Positions 14,729 to 23,150 of a stretch of 26,015 nt of DNA are shown one piece after another. A model generated the notes under the pieces. It searched no databases. It was given only the letters and a program-made list of their open reading frames with translations, and was not told the origin of the DNA. Numbering within the stretch: position 1 is the stretch's first letter; every line of letters begins with the position of its first letter. Source of the stretch: Burkholderiales bacterium (lineage in GTDB: Bacteria > Pseudomonadota > Gammaproteobacteria > Burkholderiales > Burkholderiaceae_C); the NCBI GenBank assembly GCA_011390055.1, contig JAABTC010000001.1, positions 1-26,015 on the forward strand, in the 5' to 3' direction. Made by a program: the position numbers and the translations under genes.

Positions 14729-14950
14729 TCAGGCCTCGGGTCGGGGCTGACCGTCGGCCCAGCGCAGGAGCGCCTCGCCCCACTCGCGCGCCGTCTGCGG
14801 GTCGATGTCGAAGACGGTGAAGCGGCTCTTCTCTCGGATGCGCGTTCGCAGCAGGCTCATGCCACCGGCTTCATGGTCGAGTTGCTGCAGCTCGATTTCC
14901 TGACCGCCCAGGGGCGCGCGCAACTTGGCAAGGCTGGTCGTGCGCGGCAT
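14729..14950 (-). CDS. Small hypothetical protein (73 aa)
   Basis: GAGGA RBS before ATG 14950 (MPRTTSLAKL...). Stop lies 4 nt before the cas6 start. Confidence 0.75.
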   Translation of the reverse strand: MPRTTSLAKLRAPLGGQEIELQQLDHEAGGMSLLRTRIREKSRFTVFDIDPQTAREWGEALLRWADGQPRPEA

Positions 14951-15093
14951 TCGTTTCCTCCGGGTGCCGCATTGAGCGCGGGCGCCCGGCAAGCGTCCAT
15001 ACCCGGTACGGGTGAGCGTCGCCTACGCCATCCGGGTAGTGCCGCAGGCATCGATCCGGTCTATCGTCGCCGCAGCACACAGGAGCGCCCACC
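14951..15093. promoter_or_regulatory. Divergent intergenic region between the accessory block and dsrA
   Basis: The only gap between the two divergent arms, with RBSs at both ends and repeated ACCCGG/CCGGGT words. No clear sigma70 or sigma54 boxes found. Confidence 0.6.
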
Positions 15094-16389
15094 ATGGCCA
15101 AGAAGCAGCACCCGACGCCGATGCTCGACGAGCTGGAAAGCGGCCCCTGGCCCAGCTTCGTCACCGGCTTGAAGCGGCTGGCCGACGACAAGGACTACAT
15201 GGTTGACCTGATGGGTCAGCTCGAGACCTCCTACCGCACGCGCAAAGGCTATTGGAAGGGCGGCACGGTCGGCGTCTTCGGCTACGGCGGCGGCGTGATC
15301 CCGCGCTTCACCGAGCTGAAGGACGAGAAAGGCGCGCCGGTTTTCCCCGACGCCGCCGAGTTCCACACCCTGCGCGTGCAGCCGCCCGCCGGCATGCATT
15401 ACGACACCCAGGTCCTGCGCAAGATGGCCGACATCTGGGAAGAGCACGGCTCGGGCCTGATCGCCTTCCACGGCCAGTCGGGCGACATCATGTTCCAGGG
15501 GGCGAAGACCAACAAAGTCCAGGACGCCTTCGATGCGCTGAACGAACTCGGCTTCGACCTGGGTGGCGCCGGCCCCGCGGTGCGCACCTCGATGAGCTGC
15601 GTCGGCGCCGCACGCTGCGAGCAGAGCTGCTACGACGAATCGCGCGCGCACCGCCAGGTGATCAACAACTTCCTCGACGACATTCACCGCCCAGCCCTGC
15701 CCTACAAGTTCAAGTTCAAGTTTTCGGGGTGCCCGAACGACTGCATGAACTCGATCCAGCGCTCCGACATGGCCGTCATCGGCACCTGGCGCGACAACAT
15801 GCGCACCGACGAGGAACTGGCACGCAAGTGGTTCGACAAGCACGGCATGGACGAGCTGGTCAACGACGTGGTCGCACGTTGCCCGACCAAGACCATCCTG
15901 CTCAAGGAGATCAAGAACGTCGCTGCGGGCGACACCATCTCCAGCGTCAAGGTCAGCGACACGCACGCACTCGAGATCGACAACAGCAACTGCGTGCGCT
16001 GCATGCACTGCGTCAACGTCATGACGGGCGCGCTGGCCAAGGGCACGGACACCGGCGCGTCGATCCTGATCGGCGGTAAGCGCACGCTCAAGATCGGCGA
16101 CCTGATGGGCACCGTGATCGTGCCCTTCATGCCGCTGAAGACCGACGAGGACTACGACGCGCTGGTCGAACTTGGGCAGAAGGTGATCGACTTCTTCGCC
16201 GAGAACGCACTCGAGCACGAGCGCACCGGCGAAATGATCGAGCGCATCGGCTTGGTCAATTTCCTTGAGGGCATCGGCGTCGACATCGACGCCAACATGG
16301 TGGCCACGCCGCGTACCAATCCCTATGTGCGCACCGACGGCTGGGACGACGACGTCGCCCGGATCAACGCCAAGAAACAAGCCGCCTGA
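15094..16389 (+). CDS. dsrA: Dissimilatory sulfite reductase alpha subunit, reverse type (431 aa)
   Basis: TPMLDELESGPWPSFV, FHTLRVQPPAG, siroheme-[4Fe-4S] motif CVGAARC...CPNDC, YKFKFKFSG and CVRCMHC. Confidence 0.98.
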   Translation: MAKKQHPTPMLDELESGPWPSFVTGLKRLADDKDYMVDLMGQLETSYRTRKGYWKGGTVGVFGYGGGVIPRFTELKDEKGAPVFPDAAEFHTLRVQPPAGMHYDTQVLRKMADIWEEHGSGLIAFHGQSGDIMFQGAKTNKVQDAFDALNELGFDLGGAGPAVRTSMSCVGAARCEQSCYDESRAHRQVINNFLDDIHRPALPYKFKFKFSGCPNDCMNSIQRSDMAVIGTWRDNMRTDEELARKWFDKHGMDELVNDVVARCPTKTILLKEIKNVAAGDTISSVKVSDTHALEIDNSNCVRCMHCVNVMTGALAKGTDTGASILIGGKRTLKIGDLMGTVIVPFMPLKTDEDYDALVELGQKVIDFFAENALEHERTGEMIERIGLVNFLEGIGVDIDANMVATPRTNPYVRTDGWDDDVARINAKKQAA

Positions 16390-16404
16390 CCGGGAGACAA
16401 GACC

Positions 16405-17472
16405 ATGGCTCAACGCGCCCCCATCGAAAGCGGCTGCCCCGATCCCAAGCCGTACATGCATCCGACGATGCTGAAGAACTACGGCAACTGGCGCTACCAC
16501 GACCGGCCGCGCCCCGGGGTGCTGCACCATGTCTCGCACACTGGCGACGAGATCTGGACCGTGCGCGCCGGCACCCAGCGCCAGATGGACGTCTACACGA
16601 TCCGCAAGCTGTGCGACATCGCCGACACCTTTGCCGACGGCCACGTGCGCTTCACGATCCGCTCGAACATCGAGTTCATGGTGGCCGACCAGAACAAGGT
16701 GGCGCCACTGATCGAATCGCTCACCAGCAACGGCTTTCCGGTCGGCGGCACCGGCAACTCGGTGTCGATGATCGCGCACACCCAGGGCTGGCTGCACTGC
16801 GACATTCCAGGCACCGACGCCTCGGGCGCCGTGAAGGCGCTGATGGACGACCTGTACGAGGAGTTCATCAAGGAGGACATGCCCAACCGCGTGCACCTGT
16901 CGACCTCCTGCTGCGAGATCAACTGCGGCGGCCAGGCCGACATCGCGATCATCGTGCAGCACACCAAGCCGCCGAAGATCAACCACGATCTGGTGGCCAA
17001 CGTCTGCGAGCGCCCGGCCGTGGTCGCGCGCTGCCCGGTGGCCGCCATCCGCCCCGCACTCGTCAACGGCAAGCCCTCGCTCGAGATCGACGAAAAAAAG
17101 TGCATGTGCTGCGGCGCCTGCTACCCGCCCTGCCCGCCGATGCAGATCAACGACCCGGAGTACACCAAGCTGGCGATCTGGGTCGGCGGCAAGAACTCGA
17201 ATGCGCGCAGCAAGCCGACCTTCATGAAGATGGTGGCCTCGGGCATCCCCAACAACCCGCCGCGCTGGCCCGAGGTGTCGGCCATCGTCAAGAAGATCCT
17301 CTACACCTACAAGGAAGATGCACGGTCGTGGGAGCGCGTCTCCGATTGGGTCGAGCGCATCGGCTGGCCGCGCTTCTTCGAGAAGTGCGACCTGCCCTTC
17401 ACCAAGTACCTGATCGACGACTGGCGCGGCTCACGGGCCAGCCTCAACGCCTCGACGCACATCCGCTTCTGA
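16405..17472 (+). CDS. dsrB: Dissimilatory sulfite reductase beta subunit (355 aa)
   Basis: HTQGWLHC, SCCEINCG, CMCCGAC, GIPNNPPRWPE and C-terminal NASTHIRF. Confidence 0.98.
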   Translation: MAQRAPIESGCPDPKPYMHPTMLKNYGNWRYHDRPRPGVLHHVSHTGDEIWTVRAGTQRQMDVYTIRKLCDIADTFADGHVRFTIRSNIEFMVADQNKVAPLIESLTSNGFPVGGTGNSVSMIAHTQGWLHCDIPGTDASGAVKALMDDLYEEFIKEDMPNRVHLSTSCCEINCGGQADIAIIVQHTKPPKINHDLVANVCERPAVVARCPVAAIRPALVNGKPSLEIDEKKCMCCGACYPPCPPMQINDPEYTKLAIWVGGKNSNARSKPTFMKMVASGIPNNPPRWPEVSAIVKKILYTYKEDARSWERVSDWVERIGWPRFFEKCDLPFTKYLIDDWRGSRASLNASTHIRF

Positions 17473-17479
17473 GCCCGCA

Positions 17480-17839
17480 ATGAAATTCGGACTGATGGTC
17501 AGCGAAGGGCCGTACACACACCAGGCGAGCGACACGGCTTACCAGTTCGCAGCCGCTGCGCTGGCCAAGGGCCACGAAGTCCAGCGCGTCTTTTTCTATC
17601 ACGACGGCGTCTACAACGCGAGCCGCCTGACCGAGCCGCCGCAGGACGACCGCCACATCGTCAACCGCTGGTCGGCGCTGGCGGCCGATCACAAGGTAGA
17701 TCTGGTGGTCTGCGTCGCCGCCGCGCTGCGCCGCGGCATCAAGGACGAAGTGCTGGCGCCGGGCTTTCGCATCTCGGGCCTCGGCCAGTTGGTCGACAGC
17801 GGCATCAAGTGCGACCGCCTGGTCACGTTCGGCGATTGA
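17480..17839 (+). CDS. dsrE: Sulfurtransferase complex subunit DsrE (119 aa)
   Basis: EGPYTHQA, FFYHDGV, active-site VVCVAAALRRG and GFRISGLGQL. Confidence 0.96.
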   Translation: MKFGLMVSEGPYTHQASDTAYQFAAAALAKGHEVQRVFFYHDGVYNASRLTEPPQDDRHIVNRWSALAADHKVDLVVCVAAALRRGIKDEVLAPGFRISGLGQLVDSGIKCDRLVTFGD

Positions 17840-17849
17840 GGTGCAGGCG

Positions 17850-18206
17850 ATGAAGAAATTCATGTTCGTCAACCGCAAGGCCCCGTTCGGCACGATCTAT
17901 GCGCTCGAAAGCCTCGAGGTCGTGCTGATCGCGGCGACCTTCGACCAGGATGTCAGCCTGGCCTTCATCGACGACGGTGTCTACGAGTTGGTCAAGGGCC
18001 AGAACCCGAAGGGCCTGGGCATCAAGAACCACTCGCCGACCTACCGCGCGCTCGACGGCTACGACGTCGAGAAGCTGTACGTCGAACGCGAGTCGATGGA
18101 GATGCGTGGTTTGTCCGAGGCCGATCTGCTGGTGCCGGTCGAAGTGCTCAGCAGCGCCCGCATGGCCGATTTGATGGCCGAGCAGGACGTGATCCTGTCG
18201 TTCTAG
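17850..18206 (+). CDS. dsrF: Sulfurtransferase complex subunit DsrF (118 aa)
   Basis: KFMFVNRKAP.GTIYALESLE, FIDDGVY and LYVERESM. Start moved to ATG 17850 behind GAGG. Confidence 0.96.
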   Translation: MKKFMFVNRKAPFGTIYALESLEVVLIAATFDQDVSLAFIDDGVYELVKGQNPKGLGIKNHSPTYRALDGYDVEKLYVERESMEMRGLSEADLLVPVEVLSSARMADLMAEQDVILSF

Positions 18207-18217
18207 AGGCACACCCC

Positions 18218-18517
18218 ATGCTGCACATCGTCAACAAGTCGCCCACCCAAACCAATGCGCTGCAAAGCTGCCTGCGCCTGGCCAAGCCCGGTCACGCCGT
18301 GTTGCTGACCGAAGACGCTGTCTATGCGGCGACAGCAGCCGGCGCCGAATCCGCCGGCCTGGCGGATCCACTCACGCAGTTCAAGGTCTATGCCCTGCAG
18401 CCCGACGTCGACGCACGCGGCATGGCGGGCAAGCTGGTTGAAGGCGTCACCAGCGTCGACTACGCCGGCTTCGTCGACCTCGTCGCGGAGCACCCGAACA
18501 ACCAGTCGTGGCTCTGA
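18218..18517 (+). CDS. dsrH: Sulfurtransferase complex subunit DsrH (99 aa)
   Basis: MLHIVNKSP, LQSCL, EDAVYA, VDYAGFVDL and QSWL. Confidence 0.96.
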   Translation: MLHIVNKSPTQTNALQSCLRLAKPGHAVLLTEDAVYAATAAGAESAGLADPLTQFKVYALQPDVDARGMAGKLVEGVTSVDYAGFVDLVAEHPNNQSWL

Positions 18518-18556
18518 AGAGTCCACGCGCCACCCATCCCGCAGCAGGAGACCCCC

Positions 18557-18889
18557 ATGGGCATCGAAGTCAACGGCACCACCTACGAAACCGACGAAGA
18601 AGGCTATCTGGCCGATCTGTCCGAATGGACCGAGGACATCGGCAAGGCGCTCGCGGTGGAAGAGAAGGTCGACATGACACCCGGCCACTGGGAGGTCGTG
18701 AATTTCCTGCGCGACTACTACAACGAGTACCAGATCGCGCCGGCCGTGCGCGTGCTGACCAAGGCCATCGGCAAGAAACTCGGCGAGGACAAGGGCAACA
18801 GCAAGTACCTCTACGAACTGTTCCCTTATGGCCCGGCCAAGCAGGCCTGCAAGATCGCCGGCCTGCCCAAGCCGACCGGCTGCGTCTGA
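18557..18889 (+). CDS. dsrC: DsrC sulfur carrier with both conserved Cys (110 aa)
   Basis: TDEEGYL, IAPAVRVL and YLYELFPYGPAKQACKIAGLPKPTGCV. Confidence 0.98.
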   Translation: MGIEVNGTTYETDEEGYLADLSEWTEDIGKALAVEEKVDMTPGHWEVVNFLRDYYNEYQIAPAVRVLTKAIGKKLGEDKGNSKYLYELFPYGPAKQACKIAGLPKPTGCV

Positions 18890-18926
18890 GCCCGCGAGCG
18901 GCCTGCCGATCGAGCATGCGTCCGGC

Positions 18927-19658
18927 ATGAACGCACTCGCGATCGCCTACGCCGCGCTCTTCTACGTCGCGACGGCCGTGCTCGTCGTTGGCGTGGCACT
19001 CAAGATCCGGCGTTATGCCGGCGTGCCGGCGCCGCTGAAGATCCCCACCACACCCGCGCCGACCAGCACGGGCGGCGTGGCGCTGCGGCTGACGCGCGAG
19101 GTGGTCTTCTTCGAGAGCCTGTTCAAGGCCAGCAAATGGACCTGGCTGTTCGGCTGGCTGTTTCACGCTGCGCTGCTGCTGGTGCTGCTGCGCCACCTGC
19201 GCTACTTCCAGCAGCCGGTGTGGGCACCGATCGTCTGGGTGCAGGCCTTCGGCATCTACGCCGGCTTCGCGATGGTCATCGGGCTGGCGGGCCTGTGGGC
19301 ACGCCGCTTCCTGGTCGATCGCGTGCGCTACATCTCCACGCCGTCGGACCATCTGCACCTGGCGCTGCTGCTCGCCATCGGCCTCACGGGCCTGGGCATG
19401 CGCTTTGTCGCCCCGACCGACATCGTCGCCGTCAAGGCCTTCATGCTCGGCCTGATGCGCCTGGACATCCAGCCGCTGCCCGCCGACCCGCTGCTGCTGC
19501 TGCACCTGGCGCTCGTCGCGCTGCTGATGCTGGTCTTCCCGATCAGCAAGTTGATGCACGCGCCAGGCCTGTTCTTCAGCCCGACGCGCAACCAGAGCGA
19601 CAACTCGCGCGAGGTGCGCCACCTGGCGGCCTGGGCCTCGGTGGCCGACAAGCGATAA
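18927..19658 (+). CDS. dsrM: DsrM membrane cytochrome b (243 aa)
   Basis: NarI-like transmembrane protein: APLKIPTTP, FHAALL..LLRHLRY, DRVRYIS and SKLMHAPG. Start moved to ATG 18927. Confidence 0.95.
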   Translation: MNALAIAYAALFYVATAVLVVGVALKIRRYAGVPAPLKIPTTPAPTSTGGVALRLTREVVFFESLFKASKWTWLFGWLFHAALLLVLLRHLRYFQQPVWAPIVWVQAFGIYAGFAMVIGLAGLWARRFLVDRVRYISTPSDHLHLALLLAIGLTGLGMRFVAPTDIVAVKAFMLGLMRLDIQPLPADPLLLLHLALVALLMLVFPISKLMHAPGLFFSPTRNQSDNSREVRHLAAWASVADKR

Positions 19659-19660
19659 CC

Positions 19661-21157
19661 ATGGCCGCCGCCAAGTTCGACACTCCTCCGCTCAAGCCCT
19701 ACCCGGTGATCCCGCTGGTGGCGGTGGGCGCAATGGCGCACAGCAAGCCCTTCGTCGCCTCGCCGAAGATCCAGGAGGCCGTGGGTTTCCCCGGCGAGTT
19801 GACCGAAGGCTGGGAGCAACGCGCGGTCGGCAAGATGGGCGAACTGCTCGGCAAGTACCGCTCACTGCAGGTCTACATGGACGCCTGCGTGCACTGCGGC
19901 GCCTGCTCCGACAAGTGCCATTACTTCCTCGGCACCGGCGACCCGAAGAACATGCCGGTGGCGCGGCAAGACCTGATGCGCGGCGTCTATCGGCGCTACT
20001 TCACCTTCGCCGGCAAACATTTCCCCAAGCTGGTCGGCGCCACCGACCTGACCAAGGAAGTGCTCGACGACTGGTGGAGCTACTACAACCAGTGCTCCGA
20101 GTGCCGCCGCTGCTCGGTGTTCTGCCCCTACGGCATCGACACCGCCGAAGTGACGATGGCGGCGCGCGAGATCATGGACTCGGTGGGCCTGGGCCAGAAG
20201 TACGCCAACGAGATCATCGGCAAGGTGCACCGCATCGGCAACAACCTCGGCATCCCCGAGCCGGCGCTGGCCGACACGCTGCTCGGGCTCGAAGAAGACA
20301 CGAAGGAGGAGACCGGCCTGGACGTGCGCTTCCCGCTCGACGTCGAGGGTGCCGAGGTGCTGCTGGTCACGCCGTCGGCCGACTTCTTCTCCGAGCCGCA
20401 CGTCGAAAGCCTGATCGGCTACGCCAAGGTCTTCCATGCCGCCGGCATCTCGTGGACGCTGAGCTCCAAGGCCAGCGAGGCGGGCAACTTCGGCCTCTTC
20501 ATCGGCAACTACGGGCAGATGCAGAAGATCTCGCTGCGCGTCAAGGAAGCGGCGCAGGAGCTCGGCGTGCGCCGCATCGTCGTCGGCGAATGCGGCCACG
20601 CCTGGCGCGTGGCCTACGCGTTCTGGAACACGCTGATGGGTCCGTTCGACTGGCTCGACTCGCGCTATCCGGTGCCGCAGCACATCTGCGAGATGACCTA
20701 CGACCTGATCCAGCAGGGCGCACTGAAGTTCGACAAGGAAAAGAACGACGACCGCATCATCACCTTCCACGACTCGTGCAATGTCGCCCGTGCCTCGCGC
20801 ATGGGCAGCATGCCGGGCGGGCAATTCGTGATCCCGCGCGAAATCATCAAGGCGGTGGCCCACCGCTTCCACGACATGTCGCCGGGCACGACCCACGAAG
20901 CCACCTTCTGCTGCGGCGGCGGCGGCGGCCTGCTCACCGACGACCTGATGGAGCTGCGCGTCAAGGGCGCGCTGCCGCGCATGGAAGCGCTGAAGAACGT
21001 CGTCGACCAGCACGGCGTGAACTTCATGGCCGCCATCTGCGCGATCTGCAAAGCCCAGTTCAGCAAGGTGCTGCCCTACTACGGCTTCGACATGAGCATG
21101 GTGGGCGGCGTGCACCAGCTGGTCAGCAAAGCGATCCGCCTAGGCGAGCCCCACTGA
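19661..21157 (+). CDS. dsrK: DsrK HdrD-like Fe-S protein (498 aa)
   Basis: CVHCGACSDKC, CSECRRCSVFC, GECGH, HDSCN, FCCGGGGG and CAICK. Start moved to ATG 19661, 2 nt after the dsrM stop. Confidence 0.96.
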   Translation: MAAAKFDTPPLKPYPVIPLVAVGAMAHSKPFVASPKIQEAVGFPGELTEGWEQRAVGKMGELLGKYRSLQVYMDACVHCGACSDKCHYFLGTGDPKNMPVARQDLMRGVYRRYFTFAGKHFPKLVGATDLTKEVLDDWWSYYNQCSECRRCSVFCPYGIDTAEVTMAAREIMDSVGLGQKYANEIIGKVHRIGNNLGIPEPALADTLLGLEEDTKEETGLDVRFPLDVEGAEVLLVTPSADFFSEPHVESLIGYAKVFHAAGISWTLSSKASEAGNFGLFIGNYGQMQKISLRVKEAAQELGVRRIVVGECGHAWRVAYAFWNTLMGPFDWLDSRYPVPQHICEMTYDLIQQGALKFDKEKNDDRIITFHDSCNVARASRMGSMPGGQFVIPREIIKAVAHRFHDMSPGTTHEATFCCGGGGGLLTDDLMELRVKGALPRMEALKNVVDQHGVNFMAAICAICKAQFSKVLPYYGFDMSMVGGVHQLVSKAIRLGEPH

Positions 21158-21179
21158 TTCGAATCGAGGAGAACTCCCG

Positions 21180-23150
21180 ATGTCCGCCCTGCCCCCGACC
21201 GCCGAAGCCAAGCCGCTGACCTTCCGTCGCTACAAGGACGACGACCACAAGCCGCTGGCCTGGCAGAAGGAAATCTTCGACGCCGACCACAGCCACAAGT
21301 GCCCGACCTACATCCAGAGCACGCCGCCCTGCCAGGGCTCGTGCCCGTCGGGCGAAGACATCCGCGGCTACCTCAACATCGTGCGCGGCATCGAGAAGCC
21401 GCCGGCGGGTGTGCCCTGGCAGGAATACGCGTGGCGCCGCCTGACCGACGCCAACCCGTTCCCGTCGGTGATGGGCCGCGTCTGCCCGGCGCCGTGCGAG
21501 TCGGGCTGTAACCGCAATCAGGTCGAGGATTTCGTCGGTATCAATTCCGTCGAGCACTTCCTCGGCGAATGGGCGATCGAGCACAAGCTCGCGTTCAACA
21601 AGCCCGCCGCCTCCAGCGGCAAGACCGTGGCCGTGATCGGCGCCGGCCCGGCCGGCCTCTCGGCCGCCTACCAGCTGGCCAAGAGGGGCCATGCGGTGAC
21701 CGTCTTCGACGAGCGCAAGGAGGCCGGCGGCATGATGCGCTACGGCATCCCGGGCTTTCGCACGCCGCGCGAGGTGCTCGACGCCGAGATCCAGCGCATC
21801 GTCGACCTCGGCATCGCGCTGCGCATGAACTGCCGCATCGGCACCGACATCACCCTCGACGACATCCGGGCCGGCTTCGACGCCGTCTTCCTCGGCATGG
21901 GCGCACAGAGCGGCCGGCCGCTGCCGGTGGAGGGTGCCGAGGCGCCCAACGTCGTCACCGCCACCGCGTTCCTCCAGGCCTTCAACGACGGCCGCATGCA
22001 GCACGTCGGCAGGCGCGTGGTCGTCGTCGGCGGAGGCGACACCTCGATCGACGTCGCCACCGTTGCGCGCCGCCTGGGCCACATCGATCAGGTGCACGAG
22101 AGCGACCGGCCCGAGAACGTGATCGGCGGCTTCGCGGCGCACGACGCGGCCACGCTCTCGGCGCGCATGGGCGCCGAGGTCACGCTGACCTCGATCTTCG
22201 CGATCGAGAAGATGCAGGCTAGCAGGCACGAGGTCGAGCATGCGCTGGCCGAAGGTATCGCGATCCGCGGCGGCCTGGCGCCGGTGGCGGTGATTCGGGG
22301 CGCGGACGGCCGCGCCACCGCCCTGCGCGTGATCCGCTGCGAGGCGCGGATCGTCGGTGGCAAGCTCGACGTGAAGCAGATCGTCGGCACCGAAGAAGAC
22401 ATCGAAGCCGACCTGATCGTCTCGGCCATCGGCCAGGCGGTCGACTTCACCGGCCTGGAGGCGCTCGCCAACGGCAAGGGCGGCATCACCGCCGACAAGA
22501 ACTACCAGGTGCAGGGCCAGGACGGCAAACCCAGCGGCATGTTCGTCGGCGGCGACGTCGTGCGCCCGCACCTGCTGACCACCGCAATCGGGCATGGCGC
22601 GATCGCAGCCGACGGCATCGACCGCATGCTGCGCAGCGAGGCGCTGGACAAGCGGCCCAAGATCGACGTGCACAGCTTCGACCTGGCGCGCAAGATGATC
22701 GAGAAGGGCCTGAAGATCACGCAGATCGAAGAGCCGCTGCGCGGCACCGACGCCAGCACCGGCGCGATCCACAACTTCGACGACCGCTCCGACCGCTACG
22801 TGATCCCGCACAAGGACCTGTTTCTCGGCCACTTCAATTACACCCCGCGCAACAAGCGCAAGATCGTCAACCTCAACGCCGAAGAGGCGCTGAACAATTT
22901 CGAGGAGCGCATGCTGCCGCTGCTTGAAACGCAGGCCCAGGCCGAGGCCAAGCGCTGCATGAGTTGCGGCCAGTGCTTCGAATGCGACAACTGCGTCGTC
23001 TACTGTCCGCAGACCGCGGTGTTCAAGGTCCCGAAGAGCAAATCGACGACCGGCCGCTACGTCGACACCGACTACAACAAGTGCATCGGCTGCCACATCT
23101 GCGCCGATGTCTGCCCCACCGGCTACATCCAGATGGGTCTCGGGGAGTAG
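21180..23150 (+). CDS. dsrL: DsrL NAD(P)H:acceptor Fe-S flavoprotein (656 aa)
   Basis: TPPCQGSCPSGEDIRG, GRVCPAPCE..CNR, VIGAGPAG, VVGGGDT, and C-terminal CMSCGQCFECDNC and CIGCHICADVC. Confidence 0.97.
   Translation: MSALPPTAEAKPLTFRRYKDDDHKPLAWQKEIFDADHSHKCPTYIQSTPPCQGSCPSGEDIRGYLNIVRGIEKPPAGVPWQEYAWRRLTDANPFPSVMGRVCPAPCESGCNRNQVEDFVGINSVEHFLGEWAIEHKLAFNKPAASSGKTVAVIGAGPAGLSAAYQLAKRGHAVTVFDERKEAGGMMRYGIPGFRTPREVLDAEIQRIVDLGIALRMNCRIGTDITLDDIRAGFDAVFLGMGAQSGRPLPVEGAEAPNVVTATAFLQAFNDGRMQHVGRRVVVVGGGDTSIDVATVARRLGHIDQVHESDRPENVIGGFAAHDAATLSARMGAEVTLTSIFAIEKMQASRHEVEHALAEGIAIRGGLAPVAVIRGADGRATALRVIRCEARIVGGKLDVKQIVGTEEDIEADLIVSAIGQAVDFTGLEALANGKGGITADKNYQVQGQDGKPSGMFVGGDVVRPHLLTTAIGHGAIAADGIDRMLRSEALDKRPKIDVHSFDLARKMIEKGLKITQIEEPLRGTDASTGAIHNFDDRSDRYVIPHKDLFLGHFNYTPRNKRKIVNLNAEEALNNFEERMLPLLETQAQAEAKRCMSCGQCFECDNCVVYCPQTAVFKVPKSKSTTGRYVDTDYNKCIGCHICADVCPTGYIQMGLGE

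Noticed and set aside
16389-17480. Absence of dsrD after dsrB, and of dsrR/dsrS
   Set aside because: Lack of dsrD is normal for oxidisers, and dsrR/dsrS would lie beyond the window edge.
21156-21165. Palindrome GATTCGAATC at the dsrK stop
   Set aside because: Only 10 bp in a 22-nt gap that also holds the RBS. No supporting context.
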